Positions 10,169 through 20,112 of a DNA stretch of 64,000 nucleotides are shown here, piece after piece. The stretch lies in the sequence record NC_023719.1; one strand, given 5' to 3'. Under the pieces are notes generated by a model that was not told the DNA's origin, did no database searches, and was given only the letters and a program-made list of their open reading frames with translations. Numbering within the stretch: position 1 is the first letter of the stretch; each line of letters opens with the position of its first letter. Position numbers and translations under genes: made by a program.

Positions 10169-10184
10169 GTTTACTATAGTAAAC
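10169..10184. repeat. Perfect 16-bp palindrome GTTTACTATAGTAAAC, copy 1
   Basis: Identical palindrome at 19082-19097; both continue ACGT(C/A)T(G/A)CACG(C/A)GAG. Confidence 0.85.
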
Positions 10185-10283
10185 ACGTCTGCACGCGAGC
10201 GCGTCTGCACGCAGTAATTGCAATAAAAAGATTGATTTTAATGTAATATGATAGTTCATATTTTTTACTCTATATAAAAGGGG

Positions 10284-10868
10284 TTGGAAGATATGGTCAG
10301 TATGCTAAATATATATAAAATTAGTAAACAGATGGAAAAGATTCATAAGAAAGTGACGTTGCTGAATAGAAAACAATCTTCGTTTGGATTAACTGCTGAA
10401 GAGGAAGAAAAGTTACGAGATTATCGATTAGAGTCTTGGATATTACATGAAGAATTAATTGAAACACATTTGGGAATAACAGTAATTCCTTATGTATTAG
10501 ATGATGAATGTACAGCTGCTTTAAGAGATATTCAGAAAGTAATTCCTTGGCGAGGTGGATTAATTAGAAGAGATGGTGAATACGAAGAGATAACAACTAA
10601 AGCAATTGATATATCTGTAGATGAGAGAGACTATATAGCTAAGAAATTAGAAATTTTGCATGAGAATGTTCTTTTGAATTTCGAATCTTTTAGTTCTACT
10701 GAAGAGGGATATGAGTATATGCGAGAGGTATCTAAAGTAGTTTCCACCGAGAAAGATGGGAATGTGTTAGATGTATTAGTTTATTTAGATGCTCGGTATA
10801 GAGAGTTTGCAGAGTTGTTAGATATTCAGTTACAGGAAGTCGAAGTAGTGTGGGAGGATGAAGAATAG
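10284..10868 (+). CDS. Hypothetical acidic protein
   Basis: 194-aa ORF. Confidence 0.75.
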   Translation: MEDMVSMLNIYKISKQMEKIHKKVTLLNRKQSSFGLTAEEEEKLRDYRLESWILHEELIETHLGITVIPYVLDDECTAALRDIQKVIPWRGGLIRRDGEYEEITTKAIDISVDERDYIAKKLEILHENVLLNFESFSSTEEGYEYMREVSKVVSTEKDGNVLDVLVYLDARYREFAELLDIQLQEVEVVWEDEE

Positions 10869-11200
10869 TGTCTAGATTAAAGAAACTTGCTGTTTCTTCG
10901 GAAGAGTTATTAAGAGAAAGAGATATAAATGTTGAAGCTGCTGATATTGCATTAAATGAGATTGGTGAGGGTATTGATGAATTGCACGCTGCTTATTTAA
11001 AGTTATTTCATGGTTTGAGTTCTCTGTATGAAGAGTTCCCAAAATTGTATGATGAAATGAAAAAAGTGATTAAGTTTCCTGATGAGTCTGCTGCTAGAGA
11101 TGTAGCTGATATGAAAGTAGATTTTGAAGATATTAGAGCACATTATAAAGATGAGCAATATTTAGCAAACATATTGAACTTGTATGATGGAGAGAGATAG
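10868..11200 (+). CDS. Hypothetical protein with N-terminal SRLKKLA motif
   Basis: Coupled to upstream stop; motif shared by five other ORFs. Confidence 0.8.
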   Translation: MSRLKKLAVSSEELLRERDINVEAADIALNEIGEGIDELHAAYLKLFHGLSSLYEEFPKLYDEMKKVIKFPDESAARDVADMKVDFEDIRAHYKDEQYLANILNLYDGER

Positions 11201-11203
11201 AGA

Positions 11204-11542
11204 ATGAATAAGAGAAGAAGTAGATTATTGAAATTATCAATATTAAAAACAGCGGCAGATTTAGGATATAAGAATATACCCGATATGTTTGTTGCAAGCG
11301 CTACCAATTATGGATTACAAGCATTATATTGGAGAGAACCAGCAGAAGATGAGAAGACTATTGAGATTTGGAAAACAACTGAAGGGCCGTTTTTAGTAGT
11401 TGAGGGAGATTTTTCTGATGGTGAATGGGGACAACAGGATATTTCTGTTGTAAGTGAGCAAGTTGATATAAGAAGTGCTCTTAGCTTTGCAGAAGCAAAT
11501 TATATGCTTTTACAGAACGAAGAGCCGTATGAGCAAGTATAA
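11204..11542 (+). CDS. Hypothetical protein with N-terminal SRLLKLS motif
   Basis: RBS, terminator follows. Confidence 0.8.
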   Translation: MNKRRSRLLKLSILKTAADLGYKNIPDMFVASATNYGLQALYWREPAEDEKTIEIWKTTEGPFLVVEGDFSDGEWGQQDISVVSEQVDIRSALSFAEANYMLLQNEEPYEQV

Positions 11543-11982
11543 GTTTGAGAGACCTATTTTGGGTCTCTTTTTTGTTTTTACAAAAAGTTACAAAATAATA
11601 CATGTGATTCAACGAGTGCAGCTTGATTCACAGGGTGCAGCTATAAATATAATTAATTAATAGATTAATAAGAATAAATAAAATAAGATATATAAAGATC
11701 GGCACTGCGTGCGCTGTTATTTCTTATCTTATATAATTAACAGATTTCTGTTTCAAAATCAATATGAAAAGATAATTAATTAGTGATATAATTTTAATAA
11801 AACAGACTTTTTTATGAGATTTAATGTTATTTAATGAAATGTTTAGAAAGTGATATTAGAATAAAGATAGCTATATTTTTAAATAATATATCAAGATATG
11901 ATAGTAGTGACATAATGAGTTAAAAAAAGCATGTACATGAAATAAAATAGAACAAGAGATTAGAGTTTTTGGAGGGTTAAAA

Positions 11983-12666
11983 ATGAAAGAAATAGAGAGC
12001 TATGTAGTAGATTGTTATGCAGATATTGAGATGATAGATTTTTTATTAGAAGTTTTACCAGATTATCAGAATGTTCTTATTGAGCGGCATCAGAAATTTG
12101 TAAATTCTTATTTGAAATATAAAAAGAAAATCAGAATGGTTGGAGTAACATATGGTTATTCAGATAAAGACATAAAGAGAATTTTTTGGAGAGTTCAAAG
12201 AAAACTTCTGTTAGAATTTATTAATAGAGTAGATCAAAATAAATTAACTATATCTGAAGCTATAAAGATTCCAAAGAATTTCGATGCATTTTTAATGTGG
12301 CAGTTACGACAATTTAGAGAAGATGCAGAAACAGTATTTATTTATATTCGTAGTAAGATGATCAAGAAACTTAATATAGATGGCGTATCAGTTAAGCGTA
12401 AAGATCAAATAACTGATGTTTTAAAAGAATTGTATACTATAGAAGATTTACAAAGTGTTTTACCAAAAAAGATTTATCCTATTGCTAATGATTTATTGAA
12501 TGGGATGTCATTAACTGAAGTAGCTAAGAAGTATGATAGAAATTTAAATTATTTAATTGTATCTATAGTAGGGGTAAAGAATCCTCGTAGTAAATCAGAG
12601 CGTGGTTGGTTAGCATATTTAGAGAATGACGTTGATAATAGAGTGATACAGTTTCCTGTTAAATAG
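11983..12666 (+). CDS. Hypothetical protein, possible C-terminal HTH
   Basis: GGAGG RBS; LLNGMSLTEVAKKY resembles an HTH. Confidence 0.7.
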   Translation: MKEIESYVVDCYADIEMIDFLLEVLPDYQNVLIERHQKFVNSYLKYKKKIRMVGVTYGYSDKDIKRIFWRVQRKLLLEFINRVDQNKLTISEAIKIPKNFDAFLMWQLRQFREDAETVFIYIRSKMIKKLNIDGVSVKRKDQITDVLKELYTIEDLQSVLPKKIYPIANDLLNGMSLTEVAKKYDRNLNYLIVSIVGVKNPRSKSERGWLAYLENDVDNRVIQFPVK

Positions 12667-12739
12667 AAGGAATTAAAAAATAGTTTACATTTTAATTTTT
12701 ATGTGATATAATTTAATTATAACGTAAAATGTAAACGAG

Positions 12740-13531
12740 GTGATACGGATGGGGTTTATGGATAGGATGAAGAAGATTGATAGAAGTAAATTTTTCCGTC
12801 CATTGAGAGATATATCTAATTTCATGGTATACAGGCGTTACGTTAAACAGTTTGATGTTGAAACGAAAGAAGGACGCAAATGGTTATATGAATTAGATAG
12901 GAACATTAAAATGATGGGATTTAATTACGGAGTAGAGACTTTTGAAACTTATTATGAATCCCGTCAAAAAATTGGTAGATCACAAGTGCAAAACAAATTA
13001 ATGCGCGATTTACGTATGGCGGAATTCCACGATGATCAAAGACAACTAGAGATAGCGCAAAATGAAGCACAAGCTAAATGGGAGTTAGAGAGACTCAAGA
13101 AAGAAGAGCAATCTCAAAAACCATTTAAGAATAAGAAGCCGTTTAATCCTAATTGGAAACCAACTGCTCAGATGTTACGAAGTAGAAATACTAGATATGT
13201 AAGTAATCCTTATTCTGGATTTATACGAAAAGAGTATGAAGCACCAGAACATGGCGCATACGCTGTAATGTTTGAAGTAGAGGGTAAAGTGAAAGAGATT
13301 ATATGGGGCGCTAGTAATTTAGATGTAATCGCAAAAGCAAATAGATTTGAAAACGATTATGCAAGAACTCATCAATTATCTCAAATCAGCGGTTCTAGCG
13401 CAAGAGAAATTAAAGCTAGACGTAGAGATGAGTATGAAATCGATATATCTCATGTAAACAGAGCTATGGGTAATACTGAAAGTAGTTCTAGAGACAATGA
13501 TATCGATAATATAATTGATGGATTATTCTAA
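12740..13531 (+). CDS. Hypothetical protein
   Basis: Early promoter; 263-aa ORF. Confidence 0.75.
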   Translation: MIRMGFMDRMKKIDRSKFFRPLRDISNFMVYRRYVKQFDVETKEGRKWLYELDRNIKMMGFNYGVETFETYYESRQKIGRSQVQNKLMRDLRMAEFHDDQRQLEIAQNEAQAKWELERLKKEEQSQKPFKNKKPFNPNWKPTAQMLRSRNTRYVSNPYSGFIRKEYEAPEHGAYAVMFEVEGKVKEIIWGASNLDVIAKANRFENDYARTHQLSQISGSSAREIKARRRDEYEIDISHVNRAMGNTESSSRDNDIDNIIDGLF

Positions 13532-13554
13532 GTCTAGATCAGTGGAGGAAAGCA

Positions 13555-13848
13555 ATGAACAAGAAACAAGTTAAGAAGATTTTAAATTTTTATATCGCTG
13601 TAAGTATAATTATGATTATTAGTCCGCTATTTAATGTTGCTACAGTATTATTTAGTTTATTAGCTTTTGGATCAACAACCTGTTGGGCATTTTTCAGATC
13701 AATGGAGGGTAGAGTTGATTCAGAAGATTTAGTTTTGTGGAATAAGAAGAAAGCAAAAACTAAAGATTATATTGATTTTGGTTTATATTTAACTACGATT
13801 ACGTTTATAGCAATGAGTTTAGTAACTATGTTAATAGAAATATTTTAA
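13555..13848 (+). CDS. Small membrane protein
   Basis: GGAGG RBS; hydrophobic segments. Confidence 0.75.
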   Translation: MNKKQVKKILNFYIAVSIIMIISPLFNVATVLFSLLAFGSTTCWAFFRSMEGRVDSEDLVLWNKKKAKTKDYIDFGLYLTTITFIAMSLVTMLIEIF

Positions 13849-13880
13849 AAAAGAGATAGGATTAATTTCCTATCTCTTTT
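13849..13880. terminator. Bidirectional intrinsic terminator
   Basis: AAAAGAGATAGG / CCTATCTCTTTT between convergent genes. Confidence 0.85.
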
Positions 13881-14268
13881 ATCTGTTTGAATTACCTAAT
13901 AGATTAGCTAGTAGGGGATTCATATCCGCGGGTAATGTTGGTTTAGGTTTATTGATTTTTGGTGGAGCTGGTGTTTCTTGAATTACAGGTTCTTGAATTT
14001 TGGGTTGTTCAGTAATTATAGGTTGTTGAATACCCATCATGTTGATTTTAGCCATTAATTGATTGAAGATATCTGCTTTCATAGCTTCGATATCTATAGA
14101 AGGTTGAGGAGTTTCTTCAGGTACAGAAAGAGAGTTTCTCAAACCTTGAATCATGAGATTTCTTATTGCTTCGCTGTGGTTTGGCCGATTCTTTTTATCT
14201 CTGTAGTTTTCAATATAATCCAGAAGGTCTGCGTGTTCTTCTGGATCAAATCGTACTGCTTTAAGCAT
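13879..14268 (-). CDS. ParR-like DNA-binding adaptor (RHH-like N-terminus, Pro-rich linker, short C-terminal helix)
   Basis: Overlaps actin-like gene stop; architecture typical of type II partition adaptors. Confidence 0.65.
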   Translation of the reverse strand: MLKAVRFDPEEHADLLDYIENYRDKKNRPNHSEAIRNLMIQGLRNSLSVPEETPQPSIDIEAMKADIFNQLMAKINMMGIQQPIITEQPKIQEPVIQETPAPPKINKPKPTLPADMNPLLANLLGNSNR

Positions 14269-15376
14269 TGTCTATTTCCTTTTGAGCATTTTGAAGAAGC
14301 AGACCGTATTTGTAATAACCAGATGCGTTACAGAATTCAGAATCGTCCATGATTGATGTTTCAACAATACTGTTTAGCAAAGGAATAATATGTTCATAAA
14401 TAATACTTGCTCCGCCGCCTGTAAAGATAACATGGTTAACGGAACCAAGTTGGTCATTAGAGATAGTGTGTAGAGATTCAACAATATCTTCAGCGAAAGG
14501 ACGAGCTGCGTCTTTAATGATATCGCGTATATCATAGTCTCGAGTATTATGATAGAATTTTCCATCACGTACAAACTGATCCAGATCTTTAAGTTCTTTT
14601 TTGATCCCGTATTTTTCCATAATAAGACGTAAGATTTCTTGATGGATGGTATTGACACCTTTGTTTAATTGATCAGAAAGAGGCTCAATATAACGACCGT
14701 TTTCCATTGTAACGATATCTGAAGTTCGGTAACCGATATCAACTACCATAACAGTACCTGAAACGATGTTTACTTTTTCAGGAATGATTTGGCCGTTATC
14801 GTCTAGGATGAAGTCATAGAAGCAGCCTTCTCCTTGAGAGATAACTTTAACGTTATTGATTTTGATTTGTTTAGAAACAACTTTAGGGCCGTAATGCATT
14901 TCGAAGAAGAAGATACGACCGTTGTTAGACATCATTTGTTCAAGTTGATCTTTTTGATTACGATATTCAAGGACAGGAAGACCTGTGACGATATCGAATT
15001 CTCCGTAGTTTTGATCTTCTTCCATATATAGAGCAAGAGAAGTTAAGAATTTAATTTTATTATGAACGTCATCTGCTTTGTTTTGACGTAGAGTAAGACG
15101 ACCGTTACGAGTATTAACTATAGCGTTATGACCTACATAGTAAGTTTGGTTATCCATAGTAACAGTAAGAGAGCTTAGTAATTCTTTCTCAGAGGTAACA
15201 GCTGCTGATCTACCAAAGTTAGAGACTGGAATCCCTACTGCTGAGAGGAATTTTTTCTTTGTATCTCCCGAAGCTGTTTTTATTTGACCGTAGCCTAGAT
15301 CACTACCTATAAGTAAGGGTGTGATGTTTGTATTTTGATCTTCGCTTGCTTTTTTAATTTTATCCCAGAAAGCCAA
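14261..15376 (-). CDS. parM: ParM/StbA-family actin-like ATPase
   Basis: Actin-fold motifs GSDLGYGQIK, SQGEG, VDIGYRTSD, FTGGGA; AGGAGG RBS. Confidence 0.9.
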   Translation of the reverse strand: MAFWDKIKKASEDQNTNITPLLIGSDLGYGQIKTASGDTKKKFLSAVGIPVSNFGRSAAVTSEKELLSSLTVTMDNQTYYVGHNAIVNTRNGRLTLRQNKADDVHNKIKFLTSLALYMEEDQNYGEFDIVTGLPVLEYRNQKDQLEQMMSNNGRIFFFEMHYGPKVVSKQIKINNVKVISQGEGCFYDFILDDNGQIIPEKVNIVSGTVMVVDIGYRTSDIVTMENGRYIEPLSDQLNKGVNTIHQEILRLIMEKYGIKKELKDLDQFVRDGKFYHNTRDYDIRDIIKDAARPFAEDIVESLHTISNDQLGSVNHVIFTGGGASIIYEHIIPLLNSIVETSIMDDSEFCNASGYYKYGLLLQNAQKEIDNA

Positions 15377-15532
15377 TTTGTTTTCCTCCTATAGATTGTA
15401 TTTTAATTATAGGAGTATAATATGCAATGCAAAAGTGGATGTTAACATTGTATAAGCCTTTGTTAACAAAAAAATACTGTTTACGTTATTGAAGATATTT
15501 GATATAATAATAATATAACGTGAGGTGATATT

Positions 15533-16039
15533 ATGGCAACATGGGTATATATAGAAAGAATTAAAAAACAGCCATTTTTTACATTGAGTGATTTTAATAT
15601 TATTAATTATCACGAAATAGTGGAGAACGTAATAGAGTTTAACAAGGGAATCGACGAATTGTCTGATTATCCTTCGATGAAAGAAGCTAGACGTTATTTT
15701 CGTAGATTAGCAGGTGAAACAAAAGAAGAGTTTTATGAGCGTGTTTTAATTGAATTGCCAGCAAGGAAAGCGAGATATGAAAAATACAAGGAAGTTTTAG
15801 ACATAAAAGGTGAAGAGTACAATTATTTAAAGAATAGTGAAAACTATGAAGAGATATTTTTCGTAAAGCGCCAATATGAATTAGAAGACATGTTAAAAGA
15901 ATGTTTTAGAGAAGAATTTAAAGAGAATAATAATTACCCTATACTATTGGATGAATACAAGCTAGAGCAATTTAATTTTATAGCTGATAAAGAATTTGAG
16001 TATGATGAAGAATATCTTTATAAATTGCATGTTTGTTAA
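15533..16039 (+). CDS. Hypothetical protein
   Basis: Early promoter, GAGGTG RBS. Confidence 0.75.
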   Translation: MATWVYIERIKKQPFFTLSDFNIINYHEIVENVIEFNKGIDELSDYPSMKEARRYFRRLAGETKEEFYERVLIELPARKARYEKYKEVLDIKGEEYNYLKNSENYEEIFFVKRQYELEDMLKECFREEFKENNNYPILLDEYKLEQFNFIADKEFEYDEEYLYKLHVC

Positions 16040-16146
16040 GGAGAAATTTAAATTTCTCCTTTTTATATTTTAAAAAACAGTTTACAAGTATTATAAATTG
16101 CGATATAATAAATATAGGAATAATATAAAAAAGAGAGGGTGTTATT

Positions 16147-16674
16147 GTGAAAAGATTGATAAAAGCGAGTGATTTAGAGGGTTTAACTGTTGAGATTACT
16201 CCTTATTCGAATGAAGATGATAAATATGGTCACTTTGAATCATATGGTATTAATGCTACTCTTGATGGTCAGCGAGTTGGATTTTTAAATTTATTTGTTT
16301 ATCAAGATTATGTTGGTGGAGAAATTAGTAGACAATTTGAAGGTCAAAAAGTAGAGAAAATGCTTTATTTTGATGATTTTGAAGTTGACTCTAACCAAAG
16401 AGGTAAAGGTATTGCAAATGAGATTTTAAAGAAGCTTGGTGAGCTATATAGAGAAAAATTCTCTGGTTGGCCAATGTTTAATATGTATATTAATCCAGTA
16501 GCGGAATATGCAGTAATAAATGCAATAGCACAGGGTTGGTTACCTGAAGAAGCATTTATAGAAGAATATCAATTAAGAGGTAGTGCTTATTTTGGAGCAG
16601 AAGATCAAATTATTGATTTAAGAAATAAGTTACCTGAAGAATATCAACATTTATTTGTACCAAAGAGGGATTAA
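16147..16674 (+). CDS. GNAT-like acetyltransferase with N-terminal KRLIKAS motif
   Basis: Acetyl-CoA-binding motif VDSNQRGKGIA. Confidence 0.65.
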   Translation: MKRLIKASDLEGLTVEITPYSNEDDKYGHFESYGINATLDGQRVGFLNLFVYQDYVGGEISRQFEGQKVEKMLYFDDFEVDSNQRGKGIANEILKKLGELYREKFSGWPMFNMYINPVAEYAVINAIAQGWLPEEAFIEEYQLRGSAYFGAEDQIIDLRNKLPEEYQHLFVPKRD

Positions 16675-16754
16675 TCCCTTCTTTTTTTTTGCTGTAAAAA
16701 ATACTGTTTACATAATGAATTTAATGTGATATAATAAAAATATAAAAGAAAGGT

Positions 16755-17204
16755 GTGAAACTAATGTCATATTTATTGAAATTAACTGAAGACATGAAAA
16801 AAGCTATGAAAAGCAAAGAGAAAGATAAATTAACAACTATACGTATGATTATTACTGATTTGAACAATGAGAAGATCAAACTGCAAGTGGCCGAATTAAA
16901 TACAGAACAGGAAGAGGTTGTTTTAAATCGATTCATTAAAAAGCTGGATAAAGAAATCGAAGCATATGCAGAAGTTAGCAAAGATCATTCTAAACAAGAT
17001 GCTGAAAAAGCGTTGATTTTATCATACTTACCTAAAAAGTTAACTGAAGAAGAAATTGTATCTATTATTGAAGAAGTGATTTATGAAGTAGATGCAGTAT
17101 CAAAAAGCGATATGGGTAAAGTAATGACGGTGTTGAAGCAGAAATTTGGTAACAATGCTGATATGGGATTTGTTTCCAAAACTGTTAATTCAAAATTGAG
17201 CTAA
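16755..17204 (+). CDS. GatB/YqeY domain protein
   Basis: LTEDMKKAMKSKEKDKLTTIRM...YLPKKLTEEEI...MGKVM...ADMG typical of YqeY. Confidence 0.9.
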   Translation: MKLMSYLLKLTEDMKKAMKSKEKDKLTTIRMIITDLNNEKIKLQVAELNTEQEEVVLNRFIKKLDKEIEAYAEVSKDHSKQDAEKALILSYLPKKLTEEEIVSIIEEVIYEVDAVSKSDMGKVMTVLKQKFGNNADMGFVSKTVNSKLS

Positions 17205-17300
17205 CCTAAAAGAACCTTAGGGTTCTTTTTTTATTTGAAAATCTGTTTACATAATGAGGATTATATGATATAATAGATATATAAGGAAGGAGAAGGTGAT

Positions 17301-18179
17301 ATGTTTGAGTATATGAGAGAAACACTTGAGAAAGTATTTACATATAAAGGCGAAGTAGATGATAATCTCGAAGAACTGCTGATTACTGTTGCGTGTAATG
17401 ATATAGCTAATAAATATTATATATTACGACCAAATGAAGATGGTATTAGAGATGCTACAATAATTAATAATATTGAGAATTCTCAAGTTTCATTTAATAT
17501 ACCTAGTACTGAACTTAATGTTGAATTGGTGTTTAACGCTGGATTATATGGGATTATTAAGAATGGTAAATCTGTAGAAAATGTTATTAATACTATACAA
17601 TCGAACGCTATTGTGATTCTTAATAACGAAGCGGTGGACGAGTTTTATGATTATATGGAAATAAAAGAAAATCTATCTGGTGATCGTTATAGTGATACTT
17701 ATTTAACTCAAATAAGTACTAGAAATTTACTTAATAGCAGGGCTACTGATAGTTATTTGGAGAATCTCACCGATGAAGACGATTTCAAGATAAAAGAGGT
17801 ATCTTGTTTTTTCAATATAATCGTAGGATTTGAGCATAGCACAGATATCGATTTCCCAGATATAACTATTCATGATAATGACCCTATAGATGAACAAGAT
17901 TTTATTAAAGATGCTAAAGGGAAATTAATGAAAGCGGTAAGGTTTAAGTTTGGCGATGAAGTTGCAAAAGATATGAACATTAATTGCGTTTTTCTTTTAA
18001 ACGAAGATGATGCTATGAAATATTTTAAACAGGTAGAAGATTTTAAAATGAGTTATAATGGTTATCGTTTGAAAATTGTGAGAACGTTCGAGTTGCCAGT
18101 TAGTAAAGCTTGTTGGAATATAAGATTACGTCTCGCAGCGAGAGATTTTTTAAATTATTTAATAGAAGAAGTTTTATAG
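17301..18179 (+). CDS. Hypothetical protein
   Basis: Early promoter, RBS. Confidence 0.75.
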   Translation: MFEYMRETLEKVFTYKGEVDDNLEELLITVACNDIANKYYILRPNEDGIRDATIINNIENSQVSFNIPSTELNVELVFNAGLYGIIKNGKSVENVINTIQSNAIVILNNEAVDEFYDYMEIKENLSGDRYSDTYLTQISTRNLLNSRATDSYLENLTDEDDFKIKEVSCFFNIIVGFEHSTDIDFPDITIHDNDPIDEQDFIKDAKGKLMKAVRFKFGDEVAKDMNINCVFLLNEDDAMKYFKQVEDFKMSYNGYRLKIVRTFELPVSKACWNIRLRLAARDFLNYLIEEVL

Positions 18180-18194
18180 AGAGTAGGAAACACA

Positions 18195-19082
18195 ATGAAA
18201 TTTGGATATGCGTGTATTAATATTTCCACTAATATGAGATTTAGAACATGTAGATTAAAGACAGCTCAAGTAGAAGGTTTATCGAAAATAAAAGAGTTAA
18301 CATTACAGAATTTGAATTTAATATTAGATAATATTGTATGGAATATTGAAAACAATATTTATTTCTATAGATTCACCAGTAATGTGATACCTTTTGCGAC
18401 GCACGATATCATGAAAAATGAATTTCAATGGGATTGGTATAATGACAAAGATATATTGGAAATAACATCGAGAATTAGAGATATAGTGTTGAATAATAAT
18501 CTTAGATTAACTGTTCATCCTGGACAATATTCGCCTCTTAATACGCCAAATGAGAAAACATTAAAGGGTACATTTGATGACTTCGAATATCACGATAAGA
18601 TGTTGGAGTTAATGGGTGGAACTGATATGATAACTCATGTTGGTGGTATGTATGGTGATAAAGAAATGGCTAAGATTAATTTCATTAACAATTATTTTAA
18701 TTTGTCAGATTCTATAAAACAGAAGTTGAGATTAGAGAATGATGATAAGATATTTACAGTAGAAGATGTATTAGAAATAAGTAGTGTTTGTGGGGTACCA
18801 GTGTGTTTAGATATTCACCATCACAATTGTAACCCTAGTGATAAGAGTATTGAAGAGTTATTTCCTAAGGTGGTAGATACTTGGAGAGGTATTGATATAC
18901 CAAAGACGCACATATCTTCAGGTAAAACTCATAAATTAGATAGAGCTCACGCAGATTATATTAATAGAGAAGATTTAGAGAGCTTCTTAAGGATCATTGG
19001 TGATTATGACGTAGATATAATGTTTGAGTCGAAGAAAAAAGATTTGTCAGTATTACAGCATTTAGACTTACAACGATTGTAG
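18195..19082 (+). CDS. uvsE: UV damage endonuclease
   Basis: FGYACIN, RLTVHPGQY, HVGG, LENDD, DIHHH, HISS, HADY, IMFESKKKD motifs. Confidence 0.93.
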   Translation: MKFGYACINISTNMRFRTCRLKTAQVEGLSKIKELTLQNLNLILDNIVWNIENNIYFYRFTSNVIPFATHDIMKNEFQWDWYNDKDILEITSRIRDIVLNNNLRLTVHPGQYSPLNTPNEKTLKGTFDDFEYHDKMLELMGGTDMITHVGGMYGDKEMAKINFINNYFNLSDSIKQKLRLENDDKIFTVEDVLEISSVCGVPVCLDIHHHNCNPSDKSIEELFPKVVDTWRGIDIPKTHISSGKTHKLDRAHADYINREDLESFLRIIGDYDVDIMFESKKKDLSVLQHLDLQRL

Positions 19083-19097
19083 TTTACTATAGTAAAC
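19082..19097. repeat. Perfect 16-bp palindrome GTTTACTATAGTAAAC, copy 2
   Basis: Identical to 10169-10184. Confidence 0.85.
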
Positions 19098-19165
19098 ACG
19101 TATACACGAGAGGATTAAAATAAAATGACAATCTACATAATATAGTAAATGAGGAGGTAGTATAT

Positions 19166-19693
19166 TTGGGAACATTAATATTATACGCTATTACATTACA
19201 CATGCTACATGGTTATACTAAGTCTTTGTTTATAAAAAAGAAGCATGTAGAATTATTGCAGCAAAGTGTTTTTGAGTTAATGAAAGAATCAGAAAACTCA
19301 GGAATGTCTAAAGAAGCTTTTAAGATGGGAACAAGAGTAATAGGTTTACTGATGGTTATTTACTACTTATGTTATTTTATAGCGTCTGGCTTAGTAATTA
19401 ATAGTTTTTGGGCTATGATTCTTTGTGCTCTAATGGGAGTGGTGACTGTTCATAATTATATGAAAGCAACTGTTCTTATTGATACAGGTAAAGCTCAAAA
19501 ATTAAGAGTCATTGAAGTTGTTTTTTCTCGTATAGGTTTGATATATACTATTTATTTTTTAGTTTTCTTTACTAATTTAAAATTTGAAGACAATATTTTT
19601 ATGAATGTTGTGATCGCAGCATTAGCTGGTTATTGTGTAGTGAAGGGTTATTTTGCAGCTCAAAAACAAATAAGAAAAGCGGGAGGAAAATAG
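19166..19693 (+). CDS. Multi-pass membrane protein
   Basis: GAGGAGG RBS; several hydrophobic helices. Confidence 0.75.
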   Translation: MGTLILYAITLHMLHGYTKSLFIKKKHVELLQQSVFELMKESENSGMSKEAFKMGTRVIGLLMVIYYLCYFIASGLVINSFWAMILCALMGVVTVHNYMKATVLIDTGKAQKLRVIEVVFSRIGLIYTIYFLVFFTNLKFEDNIFMNVVIAALAGYCVVKGYFAAQKQIRKAGGK

Positions 19694-19695
19694 AA

Positions 19696-20112
19696 TTGAT
19701 TCCAATTTTTGTTTATGGTGGTTTAAGAAAAGATCTATATAATTATGAACGAGTTTTAAAAGGTAAAACAACAAGTATTTTAAATGCTACAATTGATGGG
19801 TATACCATGTTGAATTTAGGAGATACTCCTGGTATTATTGCTGGTGATAATACGATTGTTGGAGAGGTTATGAACATTAATCCATCATTGTATTTGCAGA
19901 CTCTTCAATTGTTAGATCGTTTAGAGGGATATAACCCAAGTCAAAAAGGAAAATCCCCATATCATAGAGAGATCAAGAAAGTGAAATTAGAAGATGGAAA
20001 AGAAATTGATGCGTATGTTTATGTATACAATGTAAAGCAAGGGATTAATTTCCCTGTTATTGCAAGTGGAGATTGGACTTCGTCATCGGAGAAGAAGTCT
20101 AATGTCAAATAA
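19696..20112 (+). CDS. Gamma-glutamylcyclotransferase/AIG2-like protein
   Basis: IFVYGGLRK, LDRLEG, AYVYVY, IASGDW; start moved to TTG 19696 after GGAGG. Confidence 0.85.
   Translation: MIPIFVYGGLRKDLYNYERVLKGKTTSILNATIDGYTMLNLGDTPGIIAGDNTIVGEVMNINPSLYLQTLQLLDRLEGYNPSQKGKSPYHREIKKVKLEDGKEIDAYVYVYNVKQGINFPVIASGDWTSSSEKKSNVK

Noticed and set aside
14059-15613. ORFs 14059+, 14374-, 14834+, 15407-, plus 11475+ and 47593+
   Set aside because: Alternative-frame or antisense overlaps with parM/parR or other genes
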